Assembly (NCBI GenBank): GCA_963718895.1
Contig: CAVRAG010000007.1
Coordinates: forward strand, 416,001 to 480,000
DNA: 64,000 bases
DNA from: an uncultured Nitrososphaerota archaeon
GTDB lineage: Archaea > Thermoproteota > Nitrososphaeria > Nitrososphaerales > Gagatemarchaeaceae
Reading direction: 5' to 3'
Both the position numbers and the translations under genes were made by a program. Within the stretch, counting starts at the first letter, position 1, and the number at the start of each line of letters is the position of its first letter. Shown piece by piece: positions 18,611 to 28,863 of this stretch. The notes beneath the pieces are model-generated. The model had not been told where the DNA came from and searched no databases. It saw only the letters and a list, made by a program, of their open reading frames with translations.

Positions 18611-19846
18611 TCAGGAGCCCACCCACGACTGGTCGAGAGTCCCGCCCAGCTCCTCGGAGATCCGGATCAGCTCGTTCACCTTCGCCGTCCTCTCGCCCCC
18701 GAGCACCCCGCACTTCATCAGGCCGCAGCCGAACCCGACCGCAAAGTGCGCCAGATGGCCCCCCTCGTTGTCGCCCGAGCGGTGGGAAGCGGTCAGGACC
18801 TGGCCGTTCTCGCGCGCCAGCCTGGAGAAGCTCGAAGCCTCGCCGAGGGACCCGATCTGGTTGACCTTGACGATGACGCCGTTGGTGGACCCGTTCTTGA
18901 TGCCAATCTTCAGCCGCTCAGGGTCCGTGGTGTAGAGGTCGTCCCCGACGACGAGCGTGTCCCTGAGCGAGGAGTGCAGCTTCGCGTATCCCTCGAAGTC
19001 GTCCTCGTAGAGCGGGTCTTCTATGTAGAAGAGCTTGAACCGGTCGCTCAGCTCACCCATGAAGGATATCTGTGCGTCCCTCGTGAGCGTCTTCCCCGTC
19101 GACCTGTAGAAGTAGCCGCCCTTCTTCTCGTCGTAGAGGCTGTCCGCCGCGACATCGAGCCCGACGCGGATCCTCCTCCCCTTCTCGTCCTGGACTCTCG
19201 CCGCCTCCTCCGATACCACAAGCAGTGCTTCTTCGTCAGTGATCCCTGGAGCCCAGCCTCCCTCGTCGCCCCTCCCCAGCGGGTATGCGAGAGACCTTGC
19301 GAGCCGCTTTCCCACGGCCCGGTGGACCGCGAAGTTGAGCTGCTCCGCCTCGGCGACGGAGCCTGCCCCGACCGCCGTGACCAGGATCTCTTGCATGCTT
19401 GGCGAGAGGTCGCTTGCGTGCTTCCCCCCGCCGAGGACGTTCCCGAGCGGGAACGGGAGGCTCGACGAGCGCGGGTCGATGACCCTGCAGAGGGGGACGT
19501 TCCTGGCGCGCCCCTCGGCCTCGGCCGCGGCGACGCTGACGGCGTAGGCGAGCGAGCCGCCTATCCGCGAGTAGTCCCTCGTCCCGTCGATCTCCCTGAG
19601 CAGGCGCGCCATCCCGTCGATGTCTGCGGCGTCGAACCCGATGATTCTCTTCTTGTAGGTCTCGAACTGGGCGATGGTCTTCTCGGAGCTGCCCTCGACG
19701 AAGGGGACCGCCTCACCGCCGCCCAGGCTCGCGCCTGAGGGCGAGAGCGCCCTGCCGAGCTTCCCGTCGACCCTGACGTCGGCCTCGATCCCGAGGTCTC
19801 CGCGGCCGTTGAAACAGACCCTAACACGGACGTCTTGAATCTGCAT
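18611..19846 (-). CDS. eno: Enolase
   Basis: PSGAS, GGGKHA, QE, GDEGG, LDVAA, IEDP, VGDDL, KVNQIG, SHRSG. Confidence 0.95.
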   Translation of the reverse strand: MQIQDVRVRVCFNGRGDLGIEADVRVDGKLGRALSPSGASLGGGEAVPFVEGSSEKTIAQFETYKKRIIGFDAADIDGMARLLREIDGTRDYSRIGGSLAYAVSVAAAEAEGRARNVPLCRVIDPRSSSLPFPLGNVLGGGKHASDLSPSMQEILVTAVGAGSVAEAEQLNFAVHRAVGKRLARSLAYPLGRGDEGGWAPGITDEEALLVVSEEAARVQDEKGRRIRVGLDVAADSLYDEKKGGYFYRSTGKTLTRDAQISFMGELSDRFKLFYIEDPLYEDDFEGYAKLHSSLRDTLVVGDDLYTTDPERLKIGIKNGSTNGVIVKVNQIGSLGEASSFSRLARENGQVLTASHRSGDNEGGHLAHFAVGFGCGLMKCGVLGGERTAKVNELIRISEELGGTLDQSWVGS

Positions 19847-19854
19847 CGCTGAGA

Positions 19855-20067
19855 TCAGGGCCCGGGGTTCTTCTGTTGGTAGTACGGGAGGACCTGGTCG
19901 ATGAGGTCCACTGAAGTGATCATCATCCTCCTGCAGCAGTACCTGTTGATCTGGAGGTCATCCAGGACCTTGCCGGGGTCCTCGCCGGCCTTGACCCGGG
20001 TCTCCATCTCAGCGAACTTGTCGCCGATGAGCTTCCCGCAGGTGAAACAGCGGATGGGGACTAGCAA
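19855..20067 (-). CDS. rpoN: RNA polymerase subunit Rpo10 (RpoN)
   Basis: [11 protein letters not shown]...RYCCRRM. Confidence 0.98.
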   Translation of the reverse strand: MLVPIRCFTCGKLIGDKFAEMETRVKAGEDPGKVLDDLQINRYCCRRMMITSVDLIDQVLPYYQQKNPGP

Positions 20068-20074
20068 TCGATTC

Positions 20075-20497
20075 TCACCGATAACTCTTCTGCCGCTTCC
20101 GCCTGGCGCCCGGGCCCCCGAACTTCTTCGGCTCGGTCTGCCTCGGGTCTCCGGAGAGCAGGTACTTGCTGTAGGCCGTGATCTTGTCCCTGAGGTCGGC
20201 CCCCTTTGTCTGGTCGACGTAGGCCCTTGCGAGAGACATGGCGACCGCGTCGGCCTGGCTCATGAACCCCCCGCCGGAGACGTTGACATCGATGTCGTAC
20301 TTCTCCCTGAAGTCTCCGACCAGCATCACCGGCGAGAGCATGTGAAGCCTCGCGACCTCGGGCTCGCAGATCTCGAGCGGGACCCCGTTGACCCGGATGC
20401 GCCCCTGGCCCGCTCGTATCGCCGCTGTGGCCCTGGACGTCTTCCTTGAGCCTGCGTATAGCTTCGGCTTCGTTCGCTGCTTGGACTGCGACACCAT
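20075..20497 (-). CDS. rps9: Ribosomal protein S9
   Basis: [36 protein letters not shown]...QKSYR. Confidence 0.97.
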   Translation of the reverse strand: MVSQSKQRTKPKLYAGSRKTSRATAAIRAGQGRIRVNGVPLEICEPEVARLHMLSPVMLVGDFREKYDIDVNVSGGGFMSQADAVAMSLARAYVDQTKGADLRDKITAYSKYLLSGDPRQTEPKKFGGPGARRKRQKSYR

Positions 20498-20498
20498 T

Positions 20499-20954
20499 TT
20501 AACCAGACCACCCTATGTTCTTCGCGATCTCCGCTATCGTAGTGTAGCTCGGGAGCGGCCTCGTGGCGAGCGCGTCGTCGAACTTGCTCGTCTTCACTCC
20601 GGAGTACTTCTCCGGCACGCCCATGTAGACGCGGAGGCGCCCCATCGCGCTCGTGCCCTTCGCCTTGGTCTTCGGGACCATCCCGCGGACCATCCTGCGG
20701 AGGATGTTGTCGGGGCGTCGCGGGTGTATCGGCCCGTAGATCGGGTTGACGTGGCTGTATATCTCGAGCCTCGCCTGCCACTGTCGGAAGACGCTCTGGC
20801 TGTTTCCGGAGACGAGCGCGTTCTCTGCGTTCAGGACGACGACCTTCTTGCCCGAGAGAAGCTCGAGCGCCACCTTGGAGCACATGCGCCCGGCTATCTG
20901 GCCCGATGCGTCGACGTAGATCGTGTTCTGTTCACTTGACAAGTCTGACACCAC
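20499..20954 (-). CDS. rpl13: Ribosomal protein L13
   Basis: VDASGQIAGR, VLNAE, GPIHPRRPDNILRRMVRGMVP. Confidence 0.96.
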   Translation of the reverse strand: MVSDLSSEQNTIYVDASGQIAGRMCSKVALELLSGKKVVVLNAENALVSGNSQSVFRQWQARLEIYSHVNPIYGPIHPRRPDNILRRMVRGMVPKTKAKGTSAMGRLRVYMGVPEKYSGVKTSKFDDALATRPLPSYTTIAEIAKNIGWSG

Positions 20955-21282
20955 TCCCCTTGGGGAACCTCTTCACGAACTCCTCTATCGTGAGCGCCTC
21001 TCCGCCGGCCGTCTCAATCTTCATCCTCGCCGCGGCCGAGAACGAGAACGCACCCACGACGAGTTTCTTCTCGAGCGGGCCGGAGCCGAGGACCTTGCCG
21101 GGGACGAAGAGCGGGCCGTCGCCAGCGTCGGCGCGGGCGAGATGGGCGACGTTGACGAACGTCTCGTTGAGCGCGCTGGCGCCAAGGTAGGCCGCCGCGT
21201 CCCTCCATATCCCTATCTTCTCCTTCCGCCCGAGCCTCTCAAGCATCACGGCCTGACTCCTCAGGATTTTATTCGACTTCAT
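20932..21282 (-). CDS. rpl18e: Ribosomal protein L18e
   Basis: IWRDAA, VNV, VPGKVLGSG, AFSFS..AR.KI..AGG; start MKSNK at 21282. Confidence 0.95.
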   Translation of the reverse strand: MKSNKILRSQAVMLERLGRKEKIGIWRDAAAYLGASALNETFVNVAHLARADAGDGPLFVPGKVLGSGPLEKKLVVGAFSFSAAARMKIETAGGEALTIEEFVKRFPKGSGVRLVK

Positions 21283-21948
21283 TCTGCTTTGGCAACCTCC
21301 ACCTTGCTGCTGACCTCGTTGTGCAGGTCCTGGAACTTCTCCTCGAGCTTCTCTATCGCCCTCGTCACGATCTCCTTGGCGGGCATCGACCCCGAACTCT
21401 CGACCTTCAGTATGTAGGAGCCCTCTGGCTTGCCCTCGATGAGGACCGATACAGTCGCCGGCTGCCACTTGGCGTGCTCCTTCGCCCTTCCGAGGCGGGC
21501 GTAGGCCTCGAGCTTGACGGACTGGCCCGCGGCGAGCTTCACTATGGGGATGTTCGCGCTGACGGGCCTGATCTCCCTGTCCTCGGAGACCAAGTCGCCC
21601 GAGAGGACCGTCCGGGGCTTGTCGTGGGCGGCAGCGTCGAGGACTATCAGCACCCTGCACTTCTGGCACCCGAGAGGGTTGCCGCAGTCGCATTTCTCGG
21701 GGAGGACGTAGCGCTCGAGGTCCGTCCGGAGAGGGATCATGCCGAGCCTGTGCGCGAGTATCTCGTCGTAAAGGACGGAGGAGTTCTCCAGTATGACGAT
21801 GTCGTCGATCGCCATCGCCGGGACCTCGGAGATGCAGAAGCGCCTGATGGCGTTGGCGTAGGACCTGTCCACACCCTCAAGCTGCAACTGAGACCTTCTC
21901 ATCGCTCTCCTCGAGCACTTTTATCTTGGGAACAACCACTGCTAACAA
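21279..21948 (-). CDS. rpoD: RNA polymerase subunit Rpo3 (RpoD); apparent frameshift near 21890
   Basis: ANAIRR...EVP.MAI, NSSVLYDEILAHRLGMIP, HAKWQP; the N-terminus PKIKVLEESDEKV is in the adjacent frame. Confidence 0.95.
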
Positions 21949-22043
21949 TCACTCCGGCGAACTAGAGTTTCACGAGGGTTGGAGTGGGGTTTAAAAGCAT
22001 TCACGCCTGCTTCGGTTCTGAAGTCCGCCAGGACCGGGGAAGA

Positions 22044-23078
22044 CTAGCAGTAGAACGTGATTATCCAGCCCTGCTGTCCACCATACGTCCCGTAGGAGCC
22101 TCCCCAGCCCTGTTGCATGGGCGCGGGAACCGCGCCCTGTGTCCCCGCGAAGAAGTAGCTGCTCCACGTCCCTCCGCCAAGGTTGCCGCTGGGAGCGAGC
22201 CAGGTGTTCCCATATGCGTCCGAAAAGGTAGCGCCCGCTGGCATGGGGACCCCTCCGAGCGTACTCGGACAGACGGGAGCCGAGGAGGGTTGGGGATAGT
22301 TGAGAGCCAGCCCTGACTCAGTCCAGAAGAGGGCGCCCGAACCGAGCGTTCCCGGGAACGTCGTCGGCGACGTGACTCCGCTCAAGGAGTATTCGGCGAA
22401 TCCTAGCCCCGACCCGGAAGAGGGGGTAGAAGCGGTGAAGCCTGTGCCGGCCGTGAACGCTGGGTCCAGCAGTTCGATGCTGACGACACCGAGGAGGAAG
22501 GCCTGTTGCGTGAAGGAGGTAGGGGTCGTTGAGACCGGAGTGCCAAGGATGTCCGGAACGGGCGCTGCGTCAGAGGTGAACGTGGGAGCCAACAGCGGGA
22601 ATCCTGCGCCTGTGCCCGTTGTGGCGCCCGCTGTAGTCACGCCGGAGAGCTCGTAGATGAATATGTCAAGGCCTGCCGGGTCCCCCCCGTTGTTGACGGT
22701 GACCGTAACTGTGTCCGCGCCGCTCGAGGATGCGGTCGCGTAGAAGATCCCCGAGCAGCTAGCCTGAGCGGGGGCGAGGCACCTGTCCACGGCGAAGATG
22801 TAGCTGGAATCCAAGGTATCGCTGACGCTGAAGGACTGAGGGTCCCCCGTTGGTTCGAAGGTACTCGCAGCGCCCACGACGATCAAGTCCCCGCTCGCCA
22901 CATGCTCACCGAATGTAGCGGTCGACGACGTGCTTTCGCAGGAGCTGCATCCTCCGCTCGCCTGCTGGACCAGGGGTCCGCCCACGCCAGCGTGCACGGA
23001 CAGGGGCGAGGCCAAGGCGAGGCAGCTTAACAGGGCTAGTACGGCGACTGAGACCGGCGCTTTACTTGGAATCAGCAA
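22044..23078 (-). CDS. Secreted Ser/Thr/Gly-rich surface protein inserted between rps11 and rpoD
   Basis: Signal peptide, beta-rich composition, Cys pairs; breaks the usual rps11-rpoD adjacency. Confidence 0.7.
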   Translation of the reverse strand: MLIPSKAPVSVAVLALLSCLALASPLSVHAGVGGPLVQQASGGCSSCESTSSTATFGEHVASGDLIVVGAASTFEPTGDPQSFSVSDTLDSSYIFAVDRCLAPAQASCSGIFYATASSSGADTVTVTVNNGGDPAGLDIFIYELSGVTTAGATTGTGAGFPLLAPTFTSDAAPVPDILGTPVSTTPTSFTQQAFLLGVVSIELLDPAFTAGTGFTASTPSSGSGLGFAEYSLSGVTSPTTFPGTLGSGALFWTESGLALNYPQPSSAPVCPSTLGGVPMPAGATFSDAYGNTWLAPSGNLGGGTWSSYFFAGTQGAVPAPMQQGWGGSYGTYGGQQGWIITFYC

Positions 23079-23264
23079 GATACGGAACTGACGTCCTGTC
23101 TGTATTTAACGAGTTCGCACTTTCACGCCTGCAGTCGAGCCGTCTGAGCACTCTTCGTGTCGCTTGACCGACGCGACCCTGGAGGACAGGTGTTGACTGC
23201 CCACCCAAAGAGAAACAGGGCAAACACGCCATCGACCTCAGCTAGTTCAGCAAGAGTCGATTCC

Positions 23265-23669
23265 TTACGCTCTTCTTCCCCTGCGTCCACCCTTCTTTCT
23301 GGTGGTGTCGTGAGGGATCGGTGTGGCGTCCTCTATGCGCCCGATCCTAAAGCCCGAGCGGGCGATGGCCCTGATGGCCGCCTGCGCGCCCGGACCGGGC
23401 GTCCTGGGACCCGTGCCGCCGACAGCTCTGACCTTGATGTGGACCGCCGTTATTCCCTTCCCCTTTGCGACTTCTGAAGCCGCCGACGCGGACCGCATCG
23501 CGGCATAGGGCGAGGCCTCGAACCTGTCTGCCTTTACGTGCCTGCCTCCCGAGGAGAACGATATCGTCTCGGCGCCGGTGAGGTCGGTGATGTGGACGAT
23601 GGTGTTGTTATAGCTGCTGTAGATGTGCACAACGGCCCAACGATCTTTCAGAAACTCTTCTTCTGACAA
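23265..23669 (-). CDS. rps11: Ribosomal protein S11
   Basis: [41 protein letters not shown]. Confidence 0.98.
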   Translation of the reverse strand: MSEEEFLKDRWAVVHIYSSYNNTIVHITDLTGAETISFSSGGRHVKADRFEASPYAAMRSASAASEVAKGKGITAVHIKVRAVGGTGPRTPGPGAQAAIRAIARSGFRIGRIEDATPIPHDTTRKKGGRRGRRA

Positions 23670-23675
23670 TCCCTA

Positions 23676-24239
23676 TCACTTGCCCTCGGCCTGCGGCTCG
23701 GTCGCCGTCTCTGGGGCCGCAGGAGGTGCCTGCTCCGGCTTGGGCTCGGCGACCTTGGGGACCCCGATGCCACCCGTGAGCTGGATCCTCTGCTCGTCCT
23801 CCGCCGTGACGTGGTAGCCCGGTACCGACACGACCCGGTCGCCTATCTTCACGTGCCTGTGGACTATGAGCTGCCGGGCCTGTGCGGGCGATACTGCGCT
23901 GCCTCTCTTGTAGATGACCGTCTGGAGCCTCCTGCTCAGCATGTCCTCGACGCTGAGGCTGAGCACGTCGTCAAGTATCATGCCGGCCGAAAGGAGCCCC
24001 TTCTTCAGCAGGCTGTCGAGGAGCTTGCCTTCCTCGCGGGTGCGGACGACCTGAGGCGCGGCCAGAAGCCTCCTCGCCTGCTTGCGTATGGAGCTGAGCT
24101 GAGACTGGGCCTTCCAGAGCTCGCGCTTGTTCCTGAGACCGTAGCTGCCGAGGAGGTAGAGTTCTTGGGCGAGTTGGTCGGAACGCCAGGGGCTTCTTGG
24201 TGTGGACCACGTCCTGCGTGGCCTTCGAGGATCTCCCAT
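23676..24239 (-). CDS. rps4: Ribosomal protein S4
   Basis: MGDPRR, YGLRNKRELWK, RRLQT, QARQLIVHRH. Confidence 0.97.
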   Translation of the reverse strand: MGDPRRPRRTWSTPRSPWRSDQLAQELYLLGSYGLRNKRELWKAQSQLSSIRKQARRLLAAPQVVRTREEGKLLDSLLKKGLLSAGMILDDVLSLSVEDMLSRRLQTVIYKRGSAVSPAQARQLIVHRHVKIGDRVVSVPGYHVTAEDEQRIQLTGGIGVPKVAEPKPEQAPPAAPETATEPQAEGK

Positions 24240-24251
24240 CTAGGCTTGCAC

Positions 24252-24752
24252 CTACTTCTTCTCCTTCTCTTCTGCCGCGCCCTTTGCTGCGTTGGCCGCT
24301 GCCTGGAGCGCGGACTTCCTCACACCCACGGTCCGTCCCTTCCTCCCCGTGGTGCGGGTCCTCTGTCCTCTGACCTTGAGACCGAGCCCGTGCCTCACCC
24401 CCCGCCAGCTCTGGACGTTCTTCTCCCTGTCGAGGTCCGTCTTGAGCGCAAAGTCGAGGTCCGGACCGACGAGCTGCTTCGTCTCACCCGTCTCCGGGTC
24501 CCTCCGCCTGTTCAGGGCCCACTGAGGCACCTTCAGAGATGAGCCGTCTATCAGGACCTTCTCGAGCTCCTTCAGCTGAGACTCGCTGAGTGTCCCGAGC
24601 CTGGCCCTGGGGTCCAGCCCTAGGCTGTTGACTATGGCCTGGGCAAAGTTGTCCCCGACGCCCTTCAGGTCGGCGATGGCGGGAATGAGCTTCTTCCGAC
24701 CCTCTAGGTCCTTCCCCCTAATCCTAACTAGGTACCTGAACTCCGACGACAA
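24252..24752 (-). CDS. rps13: Ribosomal protein S13
   Basis: FRYLVRI, KGVG, WALNRRRD, SWRGVRHGLGLKVRGQRTRTTGR. Confidence 0.98.
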   Translation of the reverse strand: MSSEFRYLVRIRGKDLEGRKKLIPAIADLKGVGDNFAQAIVNSLGLDPRARLGTLSESQLKELEKVLIDGSSLKVPQWALNRRRDPETGETKQLVGPDLDFALKTDLDREKNVQSWRGVRHGLGLKVRGQRTRTTGRKGRTVGVRKSALQAAANAAKGAAEEKEKK

Positions 24753-24811
24753 ATCAGTATCTGGTCAGCCCTTAACCCTCGGATTATAAGAATTGCCCTA
24801 TCCCGGCGGCG

Positions 24812-25765
24812 CTATCGGTCGGAGGTGGCGTGGAGGACCTCAACGCTGTCAACCTTGCCGTCTCCGTCCAGGTCCATGCCCCGGAGGACGACGGCGTACT
24901 CCCCTCCCGTGTAGCCTGAGAAGACGTGGGAGGCGAAGTTGGTCATGCCGATGATCGCTGCCTTGGTCCCGGCACCGCTGAGACCTGCGGCCATGATACA
25001 GTACCTATCGTCGTTCCAGGGGTTCCTCACCTTGGCGATGAGCGCCTCCCTCTCCGAGTGGTACCTCGTGCCGGCCTCGTCGACTATCGACCCCCAGAAG
25101 TTCTCCTCGGAGAACTTTATCGGAAGGTGGGAGTTGATCTCGGCCGAGAGGACGTTGGTGCGGGGGCCCCCCACGATGATCAGGTTGGACCCTTCGAGCT
25201 TCTCGTTCTTGAGGTCGACGTCGAGCTTCACGGGGAACAATCTCGGGAGCCTGACGAACTGGCCCAGTGCGAAGCCAACTTGGATGGCGTAGTGTCCGTC
25301 CCGCCCCTGGGTCCTGTTGGGTCCGTGCGGCTCGGGTGAGCCGACCACTACCCACCCGTCGAGACTCCCCGAGACGATGAACTCGTGGAGGAACCGGCCC
25401 AGGATCGGGGACCTCGACGCCGAGGGGAGACCCGTGAACCGCTCGGCCTTCACCGGGAACTCGACAGCGAATCCGTCGACGGCGAGCGCGTAAAGGTCGG
25501 CTGTCCCGCCCCTGACAACCTTCTGCCCGACCTTCTTCACGAGGCCGGCACTCTCTAGTTTGCGGACGTGATAGTAGACGGTCTGGTGGTAGACCTTCAG
25601 CTCCCTGGCGATGGCGGACGGGTAGCTCGGGCCCCTGGAGAGGAGGCGGAGAATCTTGCTGCCCACGCCGGTGGCCGCGGGGAAGAAGCTGGTGGGGTCC
25701 TCGGAGACCGAGACCCTCTTTCCGGTGGATGCTTCCGTATCCAAGAGGAGACTCTCCCTGCGCAC
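24812..25765 (-). CDS. ArsR-type winged-helix regulator with large C-terminal domain
   Basis: KILRLLSRGPSYPSAIARELKV..QTVYYHVRKLESAGLV; C-terminal NLIIVGGPRTN and DLDGDGKVD. Confidence 0.8.
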   Translation of the reverse strand: MRRESLLLDTEASTGKRVSVSEDPTSFFPAATGVGSKILRLLSRGPSYPSAIARELKVYHQTVYYHVRKLESAGLVKKVGQKVVRGGTADLYALAVDGFAVEFPVKAERFTGLPSASRSPILGRFLHEFIVSGSLDGWVVVGSPEPHGPNRTQGRDGHYAIQVGFALGQFVRLPRLFPVKLDVDLKNEKLEGSNLIIVGGPRTNVLSAEINSHLPIKFSEENFWGSIVDEAGTRYHSEREALIAKVRNPWNDDRYCIMAAGLSGAGTKAAIIGMTNFASHVFSGYTGGEYAVVLRGMDLDGDGKVDSVEVLHATSDR

Positions 25766-25851
25766 GAAACTGAGGCGATTTCAACAATTATTAAACGGTT
25801 ATGCATGGTCCGGGCGCCTCGAACCCGTCCCCTTCAGCGGAGGGTCGGATG

Positions 25852-25873
25852 CATGCAAACGCCCGTTTGCATG
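25852..25873. promoter_or_regulatory. 10-bp inverted repeat (operator-like) between the divergent regulator and glmS
   Basis: CATGCAAACG-CC-CGTTTGCATG, upstream of the TTATAA box near 25898. Confidence 0.45.
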
Positions 25874-25933
25874 GATGGGCCCGCAACGCGACGGGTGTTA
25901 TAACGGCTGCGGGGCCGGGCTCAAGGAAAGACT

Positions 25934-27700
25934 TTGTGCGGGATAATCGCCGGTATCTCAGATGAAGAAATCGCCCCCATCTTGATCGAGGGCCTGAGGC
26001 GGGTCGAGTACAGGGGATATGACTCGGCCGGCATCGCTACGGTGAGCGACGGGAGGCTCGAGGTGAGGAAGGAGGTCGGGAGGATAGATGACCTCGAGAG
26101 GGGGTACCACGCCTCCGAGATGGCCGGGCACACGGGCGTGTCTCACACGCGGTGGGCGACCCACGGCGGGGTGACCCAGGCCAACGCCCATCCGCACGCG
26201 TCCTGCGGGAGCACTGTGGCGGTGGTCCACAACGGGATAATAGAGAACTACCTCGAGCTGAAGGAGAGGCTCATCAAGGACGGTCACGTCTTCAAGAGCG
26301 AGACGGACACCGAGGTGATCTCCCACCTCATCGAGGAGGCCTGCAGGGACGGGAAGGACCCACTGGGCGCCACCCTGAGCACGATCAGGATGCTCAAGGG
26401 TCAGTACGCGATCGTGGTCCTGTTCAGGGACCACCCCGAAGTGCTCATGGGAGCGAGGAACGACGCGCCCCTGGTCGTGGGGGTGGGCGAGAGAGAGATG
26501 TTCCTTGCGAGCGACGTGCTTGCGTTCATTTCAAGGACCGACAGGGCCGTCTTCCTCGACAACATGGAGGTCGTGGAAGTGACGGCGAGGGGGTACAAGG
26601 TCTACAACGCAGACGGGGTCGCAGTGGAGAAGAGCCCGACGCAGCTCGCGTGGGAGCTCTCGGACCTGTCGAAACTGGACTACGCCCACTACACCCTCAA
26701 GGAAATCCACGAACAGCCGGCGACGGTGCAGCGGGCGATCCTTCAGGACCCCAGAAGGCTCGATCCGTTCGTCCGCGTGATCAAGGGTGCAAAGTCGCTG
26801 CTTCTCACGGCCTCGGGATCCAGCTACCACGCGGCGATGCTCCTGAAGGACAGGCTGAACCGGGAGGCGATGGTCAGGTGTGACGCCGTCCTGGCGGGCG
26901 AGTTCGAGGACCAGGCTCACTTCGTTGGGGAGGGGACCGTTGTCATCGCGTTCAGCCAGAGCGGGGAGACCGCAGACCTCCTCAACGCGGTCAAGGTGGC
27001 GAGGGAGAGGGGCGCGAAGGTGATCTCGGTGGTCAACGCCGCGGGCTCGACCCTCGCCCGGGAGTCGGACGAGGCCCTGCTCCTGAACTGCGGACCCGAG
27101 GTCGGCGTCGCCGCCACGAAGAGCTTCACGGCCCAGGTGATGGTCGGCAACGTGATAGCGGACGCGGTCATTGGAAGGAACACCGTGGGAGACCACGAGG
27201 AGGTAGGCAGGCTCATAGAGGAGACGCTCCTGTGTGAAGGACAGGTCCGGGAGATAGCGAAGACCTTCAGCGACCGGCCCGACTTCTACTTCATCGCCCG
27301 CGGGCACCACTTCCCGCTGGCCCTCGAGGGGGCCCTCAAGCTGAAGGAGCTCTCGTACGTACACGCCGAGGGGATGCCCGCCAGCGAGCTGAAGCACGGT
27401 ACGCTGGCCCTCATCGAGAAGGGGACGCCGGTCGTCGTCATAGCTCGGGGAGGGGAGGGTTTCGACAGCACCATCTCGAACGCCCTGGAGCTCTCGGCCA
27501 GAGGTGCGGAGGTCATCGGGATCTCTGACAAAGAGCACCCGGTCTTCAGGTACAGGGTTGCGATCCCGTCGTCCAACGAGAGCGTCGCTCCGATACTCGA
27601 GGTGATCCCGCTGCAGCTTCTCGCCTACTTCATGGCGACCGAGCGGAAGAACGACCCCGACTACCCCCGGAACCTGGCGAAATCCGTCACCGTCAGGTGA
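25934..27700 (+). CDS. glmS: Glutamine--fructose-6-phosphate aminotransferase
   Basis: MCGI, EYRGYDSAG, HTRWATHG, HNGIIEN, SQSGETAD, VAATK, PRNLAKSVTV. Confidence 0.98.
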   Translation: MCGIIAGISDEEIAPILIEGLRRVEYRGYDSAGIATVSDGRLEVRKEVGRIDDLERGYHASEMAGHTGVSHTRWATHGGVTQANAHPHASCGSTVAVVHNGIIENYLELKERLIKDGHVFKSETDTEVISHLIEEACRDGKDPLGATLSTIRMLKGQYAIVVLFRDHPEVLMGARNDAPLVVGVGEREMFLASDVLAFISRTDRAVFLDNMEVVEVTARGYKVYNADGVAVEKSPTQLAWELSDLSKLDYAHYTLKEIHEQPATVQRAILQDPRRLDPFVRVIKGAKSLLLTASGSSYHAAMLLKDRLNREAMVRCDAVLAGEFEDQAHFVGEGTVVIAFSQSGETADLLNAVKVARERGAKVISVVNAAGSTLARESDEALLLNCGPEVGVAATKSFTAQVMVGNVIADAVIGRNTVGDHEEVGRLIEETLLCEGQVREIAKTFSDRPDFYFIARGHHFPLALEGALKLKELSYVHAEGMPASELKHGTLALIEKGTPVVVIARGGEGFDSTISNALELSARGAEVIGISDKEHPVFRYRVAIPSSNESVAPILEVIPLQLLAYFMATERKNDPDYPRNLAKSVTVR

Positions 27701-27770
27701 GTTCTCCGGAGCGGGCGGGCCGCGATCCGGCGCAAACAAAAATTAATATCGATGCGCGAGACGGTAGGTC

Positions 27771-28793
27771 GTGCAAGACCGGAAAAAGTACCTTACCGCG
27801 CCCGAGAAGTCCATCGAAGTTGGAAAGAAGAGCATATCGAGGCTCCTCGAGGAGATGGCCCAGACGGGATTCCAGGGAAAGCGGCTGGGCGAGGCGGCCA
27901 GGATCTGGGCCGAGATGACCCAACAGACGGGCTTGACCATCTTCATGGGTTACTCTGGCTCGATGAGCACCACGGGACAGTGGAAGCTCGTCAGGTGGTT
28001 GATCGAGAACCGGTACATCGACGTCCTGGTGAGCACGGGCGCCAACATCTCGGAGGACATCCTGGAGGCCATGGGCTACAAGTACTACCAGGGGACATGG
28101 CTCGCCAACGACGAGGAGCTCCTGGAAGCCAAGATCGACAGGTTCTACGACATCTACGCAGACGAGTACGAGTACAGGGAGCTCGAGGGGCTCATCAGGA
28201 AGTTCGCAAGCACCCTTGACACCGGGCGGGCGTACTCGACCAGGGAGTTCCTGAACAGGTTCGGGGAGTACCAGTGGAAGAAGGGCATCAAGAGCATCAC
28301 GGCGACCGCCTGGAAGTACGGGGTGCCGATCTACTCGCCCGGTCTCATCGACAGCGGGTACGGGGTCGCGCTCAGCCTCCTCAAGAGAGAGGAAGGGAAG
28401 CTCGTTAGGCTGGACCAGACCCAGGACATGGAAGAGCTCGGCCAGATAGCGGACAGGAGCAAGAGGACCGCGGTGGTGTACATCGGAGGCGGCGTCCCGA
28501 AGGACACCATCCAGCTCGCATCGATCATAAAGTCGCTCTCGAAGGGCGGGGAGGAATCGACCCCCCACGACTATGCGATACAGATCACCACCGACAGCCC
28601 ACAGTGGGGAGGACTCTCGGGATGCACCCTCGAGGAGGCCATCAGCTGGGGCAAGATCGCGGCCGACTCCACAAGGAGCGTCGTCTACTGCGACGCGACG
28701 ATAGCGCTGCCTCTGATCGCCCATTCGATGAGCGAGAAGGTGGAGAAGAGGAAGGACATCCCTGACCTGGGCTGGGTCTTCAAGAACAAGTAG
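27771..28793 (+). CDS. dys: Deoxyhypusine synthase
   Basis: GFQG, STGAN, IGGGVPK, GGLSGCTLEEAISWGK, DATIALP. Confidence 0.93.
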   Translation: MQDRKKYLTAPEKSIEVGKKSISRLLEEMAQTGFQGKRLGEAARIWAEMTQQTGLTIFMGYSGSMSTTGQWKLVRWLIENRYIDVLVSTGANISEDILEAMGYKYYQGTWLANDEELLEAKIDRFYDIYADEYEYRELEGLIRKFASTLDTGRAYSTREFLNRFGEYQWKKGIKSITATAWKYGVPIYSPGLIDSGYGVALSLLKREEGKLVRLDQTQDMEELGQIADRSKRTAVVYIGGGVPKDTIQLASIIKSLSKGGEESTPHDYAIQITTDSPQWGGLSGCTLEEAISWGKIAADSTRSVVYCDATIALPLIAHSMSEKVEKRKDIPDLGWVFKNK

Positions 28794-28863
28794 CTCCCGG
28801 ACCTCGGTCGGGGCGTTGCCCCTCGCTCGGAAAAAGGATTAATTCGTCCCCCGCCCATGGGGC

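Noticed and set aside
18513-18713. Small ORF between eno and rps2 as rpoK
   Set aside because: No RpoK motifs; overlaps eno and promoter-like sequence.
17939-19738. Long antisense ORFs (here and e.g. 32119-33759, 26531-27739, 52531-53742)
   Set aside because: Shadow frames of high-GC genes with no motifs.
25805-25930. glmS ribozyme upstream of glmS (GGCGCCTCGAAC resembles its 5' end)
   Set aside because: The conserved GACGAGG core is absent and a TATA-like box about 35 nt before the start implies a short leader.
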